Assembly: GCF_036321535.1 (NCBI RefSeq)
Contig: NC_087472.1
Coordinates: forward strand, 101,186,001 to 101,250,000
Reading direction: 5' to 3'
DNA length: 64,000 bases
Origin: Camelus dromedarius
Taxonomy: Eukaryota
Below the pieces are notes generated by a model that saw only the letters and a program-made list of their open reading frames with translations, was not told the DNA's origin and made no database searches. Below are positions 50,781 through 61,995 of the stretch, in pieces (position 1 is the first letter of the stretch; every line of letters starts with the position of its first letter). The translations under genes were made by a program, and so were the position numbers.

Positions 50781-51299
50781 AGTGGTTTCTACACCTGCTG
50801 TATAGTAGTCCCCAAATACCCCAATGATGCTTCAAGCAGCCAATTATTCTTGCTTAAAGACCTGCTTTGTGTTTAGCACTGTGATAACATCTGGAGAGAG
50901 TCAGAAAAATATGAGCCTTGGTTGCCTTGTTCGAATAACTCACACAGGTGATGTGTGGAAATTGGCATCGTGGTGTCTAGGTCTTCCCCAGGGCAGAGGA
51001 CAAAAGGTTCTGATTCCTCTTCAGCTTAGACCTACATTTAACTCTTCAATTTGAATTCTCTAATATAATTAGCTGCCTTCCCTCTTTCCTAGCATCTGTT
51101 CTCAAATCAGCCTGAGACCAAGGCTGTTCTGGACACATATACACACACAGAGTTAAAAAATTCCACTTACGTCACTGCCTCTAAGTGAGTTTACCAGTCT
51201 ACTTTTGTCCCCAGGAATTAAAATGATGAAGTGTGTGTTCCTTGTAAAACGGGAGATATATTTTCAAATCATACGCTTATAATTTTGCAAACATCAGCT

Positions 51300-51735
51300 C
51301 TAGTGTTTGGGTTCCCCCCAAACTAGACTGAAATGAAAATTTAGATACAAGACGTTGATTTGGAATATGATCCCAGGAAGCACAGGGAGGGAGCAGGTTA
51401 CTACTGTGGGCAACGGGGCTCAGTTTTGCTAAGGATTCTCTGAAGGACTGTGTAGGACATTACTTAGAACTGTCCCACCAAGGGGCAAGGAAGTTGGAGT
51501 ATTTATGAACCAACTCTTATTATCCCAGCCCTCATTTTTGGAGAGTTACTCCTGGGAGTGTTAGCTCTTCAGCACTTCTAGCTTGCCTTGCATGGACAGA
51601 GACTGCTACTATGGCCAGAGAAAGTCCTTAGGCAGAGAGACCCTTGAGGTTGGACTCTGCCAATGCGTGTGGGAGCTGTCCACCGAAGCTGTGGATGACT
51701 TTCAGGTGAGCTAAGGGCAGACTGGCTACATTGGT
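51300..51735. mobile_element. MaLR LTR (old MLT1-type)
   Basis: TTGGGTTCCCCCAAA..GATCCCAGGAAGCAC..TACTACTGTGGGCAAC.GGGGCTCAG..CTTAGAACTGTCCCACC. Confidence 0.65.
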
Positions 51736-51769
51736 TGGCTACATCTAGTTAATAAAACTTTCCTCATGA

Positions 51770-51890
51770 ATTCATTCTTTCATTCAACATATATTTATAG
51801 AGCATCTAGTATGTTCCCAGCATGCTTTTTGGCATGGTGATACAGTAGTGAACAAAACAGATGCAAAGCCCTCTGTTAATAGCTTATTCT
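51770..51890 (-). mobile_element. L2 3' end fragment
   Basis: TTCATTCAACATATTTATAGAGCATCTAGTATGTTCCCAGCA..GATACAGTAGTGAACAAAACAGA. Confidence 0.75.
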
Positions 51891-52229
51891 AATGACTATT
51901 CTCAGGAGTATTAAAATATGCCAATTACAGGTACCTAACAGATTTTCAGTATTATATGCGTTCATTTAATACTAATATTTGATATTGTACTAATTGGATA
52001 AAATATGACATACCTTTTGTTATCTTTCTTTGTTAAGAAAACACAATTTCAAAGAATGTTAGAGCTTAAAGTATTCCTAAAGATAACTGAGGCTTGCAAA
52101 GGTGAACTAACTTTCCCAAAGCCACATAGCAGAACCAGGACCCAAACCTCAGGTTTCTTCACATATTTCCACAGTAGTACCATATTGCCTGAGACTGGCT
52201 ATTTTTTAAACCAAAAACCAAAAAGCAGT

Positions 52230-52690
52230 TTGAGTGCACCCTTTACATTGTGGTAGGAGTGTAAATTGATGCAAACTTTCTGTGAAACAATTGGTAATAA
52301 GCATTAAGAGCTTTAGAGGTGAACACTCCCATTGACATAATAATTCAGCTATTAGGGATTTATCCTGAGAAAATAATCAGAAAATTGCAAAAGATTTATA
52401 TACGATAAATATTAATTTAGTCAGCCAGAAAGTATGTTTTAAAAGTATATTTAATGATATGAGAAAATATAAGGCAATATTTAGTGACAAGATGAGGATA
52501 TACAGCTTCATATACTGGATGTCTCTTATTTTCAGAAAGATCTACATGGAGAGGAAAATATAGCAAAGCAGCAGTTATATCTGTGTGGTGGAACTGCGTG
52601 GAATATTTTTTTCTTGTATAATTGTATTTTCTACAATGAACATGTATTGTACTACTTTATAATCAGAGAAAAAAACTATACATTCTTTTG
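52230..52690 (+). mobile_element. Decayed L1ME-type 3' fragment
   Basis: TGGTAGGAGTGTAAATTG..TAGGGATTTATCCTGAGAAAATAATC..TTTTCTACAATGAACATGTATT. Confidence 0.6.
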
Positions 52691-54959
52691 CCTAATTTTT
52701 CACCTCTAAGCATTTTGCTAAATGCTGAGGAAGTGTTCAGCAGATATTTTTGTGAGCCTCAGTCTTGAAAAAAAAATCATACTGTTTAAAACTAGGCTCC
52801 CGATGTTCAGAAGCCTTCCAGCCAGTGTGGCTGTGGTGAGGGTACATTTTGAAATGCCTTCCTTCGTGGCCTTGCGCGCCCCTCTGCAGCTTCATCTCCC
52901 TTCACTGGACCAATTCCCTTCTCCCCATGGGCATCCCATGGACTTAGGTCCCTTGTCTGCATCCTGCTTATTTATTCCCGCATTGTGGCTTCTATTCCTT
53001 TGTCCCCTTCTTCCCCATCAGCTCCCCCTTCATTGTGTTTCTTTCAATTTCTCTTACAGAAGCAGAGCCCCATGTTGCTGTTTTTCAGCCTTTCTCCCGC
53101 CTTAGTTTCAGCTGCAAAGTCTGATGGGGACTTCATCTCATCTTACCTGCTGTGTCTTGCCTTTGGGATTAGATACTTACCATGAAGATGAAAGAAAATG
53201 AGCCGCCTATTAAATATATCACCTTTGGACTTTCCAAAGACTCCAGCTTTGCCAAATACCACGGGAGCCTGTGGCCCCCTATGGCAACACTTCCCGAAAC
53301 GCATGCTCTCTTCCAAAGCAACTGAGGAACACAGACCCCCTTCATTCCCCCAAACAAGGCTGTTGTTTTTATCTCCCAGGTTGCTACCATGTGGGAATGT
53401 CATGATGTGAGAAAATATCAACACCCAAAATGCAGATCACACTTGCTTCCCGTCAACTATGAAGGGGCCATTAATCATTCTCCAGTCTCCAATCTTTCCC
53501 CTGTCTTTATTACAGAGAAGCTGTTCTTGTAATTTTTGAGGAGTATCTATGGGTGGTGACTAACCTTTGGCATTGTCCATGTGGTCTGGCAGGAATGGTG
53601 TAGAGTCTCCTAGCATCAGCCTGGAGAGTTCAAGGGCATCAGAGGAGGCCCCATGGCAAGGTGCAGCCAAGCAGAAGGAAGCAAAGATGGTGGGATGGGA
53701 GCAGCCTGAGGTTGGCTCCCTTAGGTCTGGTGGTGATGCATTCTTGCTTCTTTGCTGACTGAAGCTCTGAAAGCATTTGCTTTTTTTGTTCCCAGCTCAG
53801 CTGAGTAAAGAATGTTGTCTGGACGGCATTCATTAGGAAACCTCTGCTCACAGGGGTATGTTAAGTATCATTCTTTTTGGAAAACCTGCACTATTTATAT
53901 GGGTGCTACAGTAGTTCAAGCCCAGCATGGATACCATGCTGTATCTATTGGGGTTCAGTGCTGGAAACAGAAACCCTTTTAAGTATTTAAACAGAAAGCT
54001 TTTGAATTCAGAGAATCAGGAGCTTAACATATTGTTGGAAGGGCTGGACAAACAGGAATGATTGCCAGAGCATCACAGAACTAACCCAAAGAAATCCTAT
54101 CTCTGTCACAGTTAGGAAGGTGGAGAGTCAGGCTACCACTGGAATATACCATCCAGGGTCCAGGAAGCCAATATTGGTGCATCTCTTGACACCCTAGAAG
54201 TGCAAATTAAACATTGGAAATCTGTTTCAGAAACACTCCACATCTCTGTTTAAAGTCAGAAAAGCAGGAAGAAGATGATCTCTGCCTCATGTGTCCCTTC
54301 CCATTGGTGATACCTGTTCATGTACAGAAGCCTAGCTGCAAGGGAGTCTGAGAAATATAATATTTAGCTTTCTGGGCTTATTAGTGCAGTCAGACACAAT
54401 GGAAGGAGGTGGAAATGGAGGCCAAGTGCCAACAGACCATATCCAACCCCCATCCCTTATAAAATGACGCTGGCCTTAGAGCATGCAGGGGGCCCAGTTG
54501 TGGGTGGCTGAGTCCCAACAGGGTCTGAGACCCCTCAAAAATGGGATAAACACAGAATATGGCAGTCTCTTCAAGAAAGAGGAAAGGTAGAATCCATCAT
54601 AGAATTGTCCCTGGTCTGATTTTTAGCAGCACACAAGTTGATAAGCAGACTGTACCCTGGCTGGGGAAATGGCTTGACTTGGCTTATGGAAATTGGTGAT
54701 AGTCAGTATTAAGTGCAGATTTGAGACTTCAATTAGATGGGAGATAAGAGTGGATTAGAAACAAAGGTATAATTCTTGGAAAGATGTGGTGAGGAGGTCA
54801 GCTTTCTGACAGCTAACTTCCCTGGCACAGAAAGAGCTGTGGAATGGGGCTTAGGGAAAGGCACAGCAAGAATCCTGGAGTCCTGACAAGACCCAGGCAG
54901 AATGAGGCCAGATGATTGGATAGGCTCTTTGAGCCCAAGGAAACAACAGATGGGAGATT

Positions 54960-55456
54960 ATGAGAAATTGGCTTATAGCCCCAGTTCTGCATCCCTCCCT
55001 ATATCCATGCTCTTTGCCTTGTAATTTTGTATCTTCTCCTATAAAAGGCAAAATGAGTTTCCCTACCCCTTGATTTGGGGCTTGGCCTTGAGACTCTGAA
55101 CAACAGAATGGGGGAAGAAGCAGCACAAGTCCAGTTTTGAAACAAAGCCTTAAGAGGCTTCACATGTTTCTATTTTTCCTCACTCATGCTTTTGCCATCT
55201 TCATGACAAGAGCTTACCCTGGGTAGCTACTGCTTATTCAGTCTAGGCCCAAGAATTAACCCATGTGGGAGAGACTAGAGCCCAGCACATTGCAAGGAAC
55301 CAATCCCGGTGGATCTACAGCTTAAAGGAAGGCCTTCTAGCTGAACTCAAGCTAGTTCATCTGAGCCCCAGACAACCTAATGGTGTGTGAGAAAAAAATG
55401 TTTACTGTGGACACTGAAATATTTGTGACTATAATGCAGCAATACTGACTGATACA
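54960..55456 (+). mobile_element. MaLR LTR (MLT1G/H-type)
   Basis: ATAGCCCCAGTTCTGCATCCCTCCC..AAGCCTTAAGAGGCTTCACATGTTTC..ATAATGCAGCAATACTGACTGATACA. Confidence 0.75.
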
Positions 55457-55825
55457 GAGACTGTCACTGAATACCAAGGGGCTTATCATTTCCAGGCATT
55501 TCATTGAAGAGTATCAGAGCATCTACAAATCCCATACTGGTGTGTGCAAGTTCTGGGAAATGGTGGAATAACACAGTGTATCTGGGTGACCTTTGGAGAG
55601 GGCTGGGACAGAGCTACAGCACGACAGTGGCTGACACCCAGCGCATAGCCGATCTTCTCCAGGTAAGCTTCCCTAGATTGCCAAGAGATCTCTTCATTCT
55701 CTACTCTCCTCACTTATTGCCTGTATTTCTCCTTTAGCTCTGATCATATGCCATCACGTTTAGAGTGACCTAATTCCAAATCTCTCTAGATAGGTAGAGC
55801 TCCCTCACTCTTTTTTTAATATAAC

Positions 55826-56492
55826 TGATACAGGAAAAATGTGGGGTGGGAAAGGATGGCCATGTCCCAGGTCTCAGATGAGTCCCTGGGATGAGCCCCA
55901 CCAAGCAAGGATCCTTGGCTTCATGCAGGAAAGAATTCAAGAGTGAGCCATAGTTGAGTGAAGGTAGATTTATTCAAAGAAATACATACTCCATAGACAA
56001 GAGTGTAGGCTGTCTCAGAAGGCAAGAGAAAGGCCTAGGAAACACACATTCCATAGGCAGAATGCAGGCCATCTTACTCAGAAGGGAGAGCAGTGGACTC
56101 AGAGCATGGGGTCATCTAGGAAAATAAGATCAGCCATGAGGTGTGGGAGTTGTTAGTTTTTATGGGCTTGGTAACTTCATATGCTAACAAGTGGGAGGAT
56201 TATTCCAACTACTTTGGGGAAGGGGCTGGGATTCCCAGGAACTGGGCAATCACGCACTTTTTGACCTTTTATGGTCAGCCTCAGAACCTTCATGGCACCT
56301 GTGGGAGTGCCATTTAGCATGCTGTTGTATTTCAGTGAGCATGTATTGAAGCTCAAGTTCTACTGGGAGTTGACTTCCACCATCTTGGTGCTAATTGCTG
56401 TGTCATTCTTTTAGCATCGCCCATGGCACCCAATCCACAGTGGGTGATCAACGTGTTAATGGCTGTGCCCTCCCCCCTTCCCTCTTGCGTCA
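55826..56492 (-). mobile_element. ERV1-class solo LTR, full length (667 bp)
   Basis: TG..CA ends with imperfect inverted termini (TGATACAGGA / TCTTGCGTCA); exact 4-bp TSD TAAC at 55822-55825 and 56493-56496; minus-strand AATAAA at 55969-55974 and TATA-like CATAAAA near 56160. Confidence 0.9.
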
Positions 56493-57096
56493 TAACCACA
56501 TGTCTATATTTTGTCCATGTGGATATAATAAGGGATTTGGTCAAGCATCTTGTTCAGATCCACATGCATTATTTTTAAAGAAGTGGTTTTTGAGATTCAG
56601 TTGCTTCTGGACCATCTTCCCGATGTTTGTCTGTTTCCATGCAAAAGTAGGGAACAGGGTCTAGGGGCTGAGAGATTGTAGGTGAGCTGAAGCTGTGACT
56701 GACTGTGACTCATAAAGGACTAGAATGCTAAGAGAAGAGAAGAGTCTTGGAAGGAGCTGTATAAGGGAGAAGGGGAGGCTGGAGGAGGCAGAGGGCTGGG
56801 CTGGAATTAAAGTCGAGTGGTGGTTTAAGAAGGAAGCCATTGGAGGGCAGCGTTAAGAACCAGGAAGGGGCACTGGAAGAGGTAGAGATGGGAGGGTACT
56901 GGGGAGGGGTGCAGAGTGGGTGCTGAGGGGTCTCACAATAAGACAGGGTGAAGGGCAGATGGTGGAGGAGAAGCAGGAAGGGGTAAATGTTGGGCAGGTG
57001 AAGTCAATGGACCATCATAATGCCACATAAAAATCATCTGGTTTTCTGTGTGAAGGGACATCTACGTACCACACTGCAGGAAACTTCAGTCTAAAT

Positions 57097-57725
57097 CAGT
57101 GGTCTTCCAAATCTTTTTTGCTTGTGTATCCTCTAAAAGAATTTTGAAAAATTACATGCTCCCTCACACTTTTAAAGTTGATATCCAAAATCCTGTACAT
57201 GTTTAAACATCGTAGTTCCAAAAGATGTAATAGTTAGTATATTGTAACTATTGATATTTAAAAGTAGAACTCTTATGTTGTACTTGCTGGTATCAAAATA
57301 TCATTATGATACAACAGCAACCATCATCCGTTTTAAAAGTACAAGACAAGCTCTTTAACAATCAGAAATTTTACATCGTTCCTTTTACTCCTTGAAATGA
57401 TATTTCCATTTCACTTCCCCCACAGACTTTTATCCTGATGTAATATATTTTTATGCTTGACAGTCTTTTATTGATCACTCTGTCATATATATTGGCAACA
57501 AAACATTTATGCAGATTTTTTACAACTTATTTCCTATAACCATAAATAATAAATAATTATTAAGTGTAAGAAGTAATATTTTGTTGGAAAAGCATCTCTT
57601 AGTGAGATGGATGGAGTAGGGGAGGTATGTCCACTAAAGGAAACTTGGCCAACGCGGGTATGCTGAATTGTACCCTCTTTTAGCATCTTGGAGGTTTTTA
57701 CACCCCATGGCAATGTGCCTTGGTA
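57097..57725. mobile_element. hAT-Charlie-type DNA transposon remnant
   Basis: Begins CAGTGGTCTTCCAAA..GTGTATCCTCTAAAAGAATTTTGAAAA; AT-rich interior. Confidence 0.5.
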
Positions 57726-58249
57726 AGGTTTGGAATGTTGGATACCTGGCCATCTGTATACCACCTGTGCTAAGACAGTGATGATGGTAGCTGCCATCAC
57801 AGTAAACCGAAGATCCCCTTTGCCTAATCGCAGAAGCTTCCCAGATCTTTGTGTGACTCCAGGGGAAGGGAGGGAGCCCAGTAATGCCAAAGATAGAATT
57901 TTCTTCAAGTGTGACAGAATAGGTATTTAGAGCCTGATTTGCTGTGATTCGAAGAATACAAGGAAATGGGTATTTCTGGTACAGTTCTGGCATTAAGATT
58001 CATGCCTACTACATGGGGAAAAGGGAGAGAGAGCATTGGATTGGGTAATCATCAAAGATGAGGTTAACTGCGTGTTTTCACCATTACTTAGCTACTGGGC
58101 AACTGGTCATCTGCATCTCACTGTCCATGTGTAAAATGGGGTTGAAATCTGCCCTATGCATCCTCCTGCATTACTATGAGGCTTTTATGAGATAAGTGAT
58201 GCTTGTAAACTGATTTTGTAAACTGTCAAGAACTCTTTCTTATTTTTAT

Positions 58250-60650
58250 TCATAAATTTTTTATTTGAAAATAATTATAGATTCTCAGGAAGTTGCGAAG
58301 ACATGTACAGGAAGGTCCTGTGCATCCTATACTTCACCTCCATCAATGCTGACATCTTGCTTAACTACAGTACAGTATCAAAACCAGAGCTTATTTAAAT
58401 GTAACGAATTATCGCCGGTTATACTTGTGCTCATCTGTGTGTGTGTGTGGCTTCATGAAATTTTATCACATGTGTAGTTTCATGTAATTACCATCACAGT
58501 CATGATACAGAACTCTTCCATCATCACCAGTCTCTCTTGATAGCCACACACTTCTCTCTCACAATCCCTATCCCCTGGCAACCACTCTGTCCTTCATCTC
58601 TATAGTTTTGTTATTTCAAGAATGTTATATACATCAAATCACAGTATGTAGTTATTTAAAATTGCCTTTTTCACATAGCATAATTCCCTTGAAGTCCATT
58701 TAAGTTGTTGCCTGTATCAGTAGTTCATTCCTCTTTATTGCTGAGTTGTATTCCGTGGTATGGATGCACCATAGTTTGTTTAACCATTCACCTGTTGAAA
58801 TACATTTGGGTTGTTTCTCATTGTTGGCTGTTATGAATATAGCCGCTATGAAAATTTGTGTACAGGTTTTTGAGTAAAAATAAGTTTCCATTTCTTTGGG
58901 ATATATGAAATTCTGGGTTGCATGGTAAATGCATATCCAGGTATGTAAGAAACTTCCCAACTGTTTTCCAGCGTGGCTGAACCATTTTACATTTCTACCA
59001 GTAATATGTGAGTGATCAGTTTTCTGTGTATCCTTATCAGCATTCTGTGTTTTCACTGTTTTTTATTTTAGACGTTCCCATAGGTGTGCAATGATATCTT
59101 ATTGTGGTTTTAATTCACATTTCTCTAATGGCTAATGATATTGAACATCCTTTCACGTGCATATTTGTCATCTGTACATTATCTTTGGTGAAATGTCTGG
59201 CCATGTTGTAACAGAAGAACAAACCTGACTCCATATTGGATTTATTCCTTTAGCTCTGACCTTTGTGCTCTGCTGCCTGTGCTCAGTCATGCTGGCTCTG
59301 TACCTTTGTAAAAGAATGTTGCTTATAGCCTGAAATATACATGATAGCCCTTTCTCAAGGCTCTGTGTCCCAGGCTTGATGTTCATATAGAGATAAATAG
59401 GTACAGAGCAGAAAATAGAAATTGTCTTGTTGGAGGTTTACAGGAACATTGTGAACAGGCCTGCGTGGACAGCTGCAAGAACAAAGGATTATCACATCCC
59501 CTCTGGGGTCTGGCTGGCCCCAAGAAGTTTGCAACAAGCAGCCACACCTCCTCCTGTTTGCCTAGGCCTAGAACCCAAAGATTTTCTTCTAATTTTTTTC
59601 TAAAAGTTTTATAGCTTTATGTTTTACATCCAAGTCCATGATGTATTTTGAGTTAATTTTTGTCCATTGTGTGAAACTTAGGTTAAGGTTCATTTTTTTT
59701 CTGCCTGTGGTTATCTAATTTCTCCAACACCACATGCTGAAAAGTCTGTCTTTCCTCCGTTGAATTGTTTTTGCACATTTGTCAAAAATTAGTTGGGCAC
59801 ATTTGTGTAGCTCTGTTTCTGGGTTCTCTGTTCTGCTGCATTGATCTATGTGTGTCGCTCTGCCAGTATCACACTGTCTTGATTACTGTAGCTGTGTAGT
59901 AAGTCTTAATATCAGGTAAAGTGATTCTTCACATTTTATTCTTTTAAAAATTGTTTTAGTGATTCTAAGTTCTTTGCCTTTTTATATAAATTTTAGAATA
60001 GTCTTATCTATATCTACAAATAACCTTCCTGAGATTTACATCTTTACCATTTAGTATTCTAATCTATGAGCGTTGTATGGTTCTCCATTTATTTAGTTCT
60101 TGTTTGATTGTTTTCATCAGCATTTTGTAATTTTCAGGGTATAGATCCTGACCATGTTTTTCTAAGTTTATACCTAAGTATTTCATTTTCTTTTTAGTGA
60201 GGGTAAATGATACTATGTTTTAAATATTGGTTTCCATATGCTTATTGTTAGTATATATAAGTGGTATGATCATTTTTGTATGTTTTTCTTTTATTTACAG
60301 CCTTATTGAATTCATTTATTAGTTCTAGGAATTTTTTTGATAGATTTCTTGAAATTTTCTATTTAGAGAATGTCATCTCCAAACAGGGACTGGTTTTCCA
60401 TCTTTCTTTCCGAGCTGTATGCATCTTATTTCTTTTTCTTGCCTTACTGTGCATGAATAAGAATGCTAATAGTGGACATCCTTTTCTTGCTCTGATCTTA
60501 GGGGGAAAGCATTCAGTCTTTCATCTTTCATTAGATATTAGTTGTAGGTTTTTTTTTAATAGATGTTTTTTATCAAGTTGAAGACCTTTACCTCTGATCC
60601 TAGTTTTTTAAGCTTTTTTTTTTAAATCATGAATGGCTGTTTTTAAGAAC
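58250..60650 (-). mobile_element. Old L1 (L1MC/L1MB-type) 3' UTR and ORF2 3' half
   Basis: TTTGAAAATAATTATAGATTCTCAGGAAGTTGC..; ORF 58700-59056 (KQPKCISTGEWLNKLW); antisense ORF2 to ~60640. Confidence 0.85.
59207..59560 (+). mobile_element. ERV1-like LTR, 3'-truncated, inside L1
   Basis: Starts TGTAACAGAAGAACAAACCTGACTCCATATTGG; non-L1 sequence interrupting the L1; no poly(A) signal or CA terminus seen. Confidence 0.7.
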
Positions 60651-60902
60651 TTTTAAAATGTTATTTTCTTTTAGTATTTTTAAATGATGCTTGATTGACA
60701 TCTTGGCTCTGTGTGAAGTTCGGAGAATATGGGACACATCATTCTCCTTGTCAGCTCTGTCCCTCCTGGGTGGGCTAGGAGGTCACAGGTGAGAGAAGAA
60801 CTTCTCATTGGGTGAGACTGAGGAAAAGTGGAAGGGAGAGATCTTGGGGCCCTGCCAAAAGGGGTCTGTTATCCAACAGAAAACCATGGTGCTAAGAGCT
60901 CA

Positions 60903-61375
60903 GGTTATCCGTTTCTTAGGGCTGCTGTAACAAATTACCACAAACTTAGTGGCTTAAAACAACATGAATTAATTTTCTTACAGCTCTGAAGGTCCGAGGT
61001 CTAAAATCAAGGTGTTCCTTCTGGAGGCTTCAGGGGAGATCCTGTTTCCTTGCATTTTCCAGCTTCTAGAGGCTGCCTGCATTCCTTGGCCTGTGGCCTC
61101 TTTCTTCAACTTCAGAGGACATCACTCCACCCCCTGGTTCCATTACCACATCTCCTTTTTTTCTGTTTGGCCTTACCTCTACTGCCTCCTTCTTTTAAGG
61201 CCCCTTGTGATTACATTGGGGCCACCAAGATAATCCAGCATAATCTCAATATCCTTAATGTAATTACATCTGCATATAATTAATTACATTTTGCCATTTA
61301 AGGTGACATAGTCATAGGTTTCAGGGATTAGGATGTGGTCATCTTTTGAGGGAAGGGGCATTATTCAGCCCAGCA
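60903..61375 (-). mobile_element. MaLR LTR (MLT1B/C-type)
   Basis: TAGGGCTGCTGTAACAAATTACCACAAACTTAGTGGCTTAAAACAAC..CAGCTTCTAGAGGCTGCCTGCATTCCTTGGC..GGGATTAGGATGTGG..TATTCAGCC. Confidence 0.9.
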
Positions 61376-61619
61376 TAGAGGATGACCATGGACATGCTGA
61401 TGAGGTATTCTGAAGAACAGGGCTGTGGAATTAGACTGTGGTTTGAATTCCCACTCCAGTTTTACAAACAGTGTAATGTAACATCTAGTGAATTTCTTAT
61501 TCTGGCTAGAGTTTTGTTCATCTTTATAACTATAACCTCCATTGTGGTAAAGATGATGACTGCCCATCAGAAATTTACACAACCCTTCCAGAGTATACAG
61601 TGGTGAGTAGGAATCAACT

Positions 61620-61995
61620 TTCTAGGCAGGAGCTATACTTCTCATTTGCATCTAGGTGAGGCCCCTATGACTACCAGTGGAATGTGAGCGGAAGTGATGT
61701 GTGTTACTTCTGGCTGAGGTGCCTATGATGAAGGGGTAGATTCTCCATGGTCTCCTCTCCCACCTGCTGGCTCTGTGTTGTCTCCCACGTGACCTTGGAA
61801 GCCTAATGATGAAGATGGTAAAGCTTCCATGATCCTGGGTCCCTCAATGACTGAGTGGAGCAGAGTCCCTCCTCCTCTCACTACCAAAATGAAAACCTGT
61901 GTGGGCCTATAATGTGAGCCAGAAATAAATTTCTGTTGTGTCAAGCTGCTGAAATTTTAGGTTTATTCATTACTTTAGCCAGCATTATCTTAAGC
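61620..61995 (+). mobile_element. MaLR LTR (MLT1H/I-type)
   Basis: GGAATGTGAGCGGAAGTGATGTGTGTTACTTCTGG..CCTGGGTCCCTCAATGAC..GTGAGCCAGAAATAAATTTCTGTTGTG. Confidence 0.75.

Noticed and set aside
56837..56851. CTCF motif CCATTGGAGGGCAGC
   Set aside because: It has two mismatches in the core and lies in G-rich low-complexity sequence.
59438..59446. GAS/STAT site TTACAGGAA in the LTR, as in MER41-type interferon enhancers
   Set aside because: It is a single degenerate match, and I cannot establish homology of this LTR to MER41.
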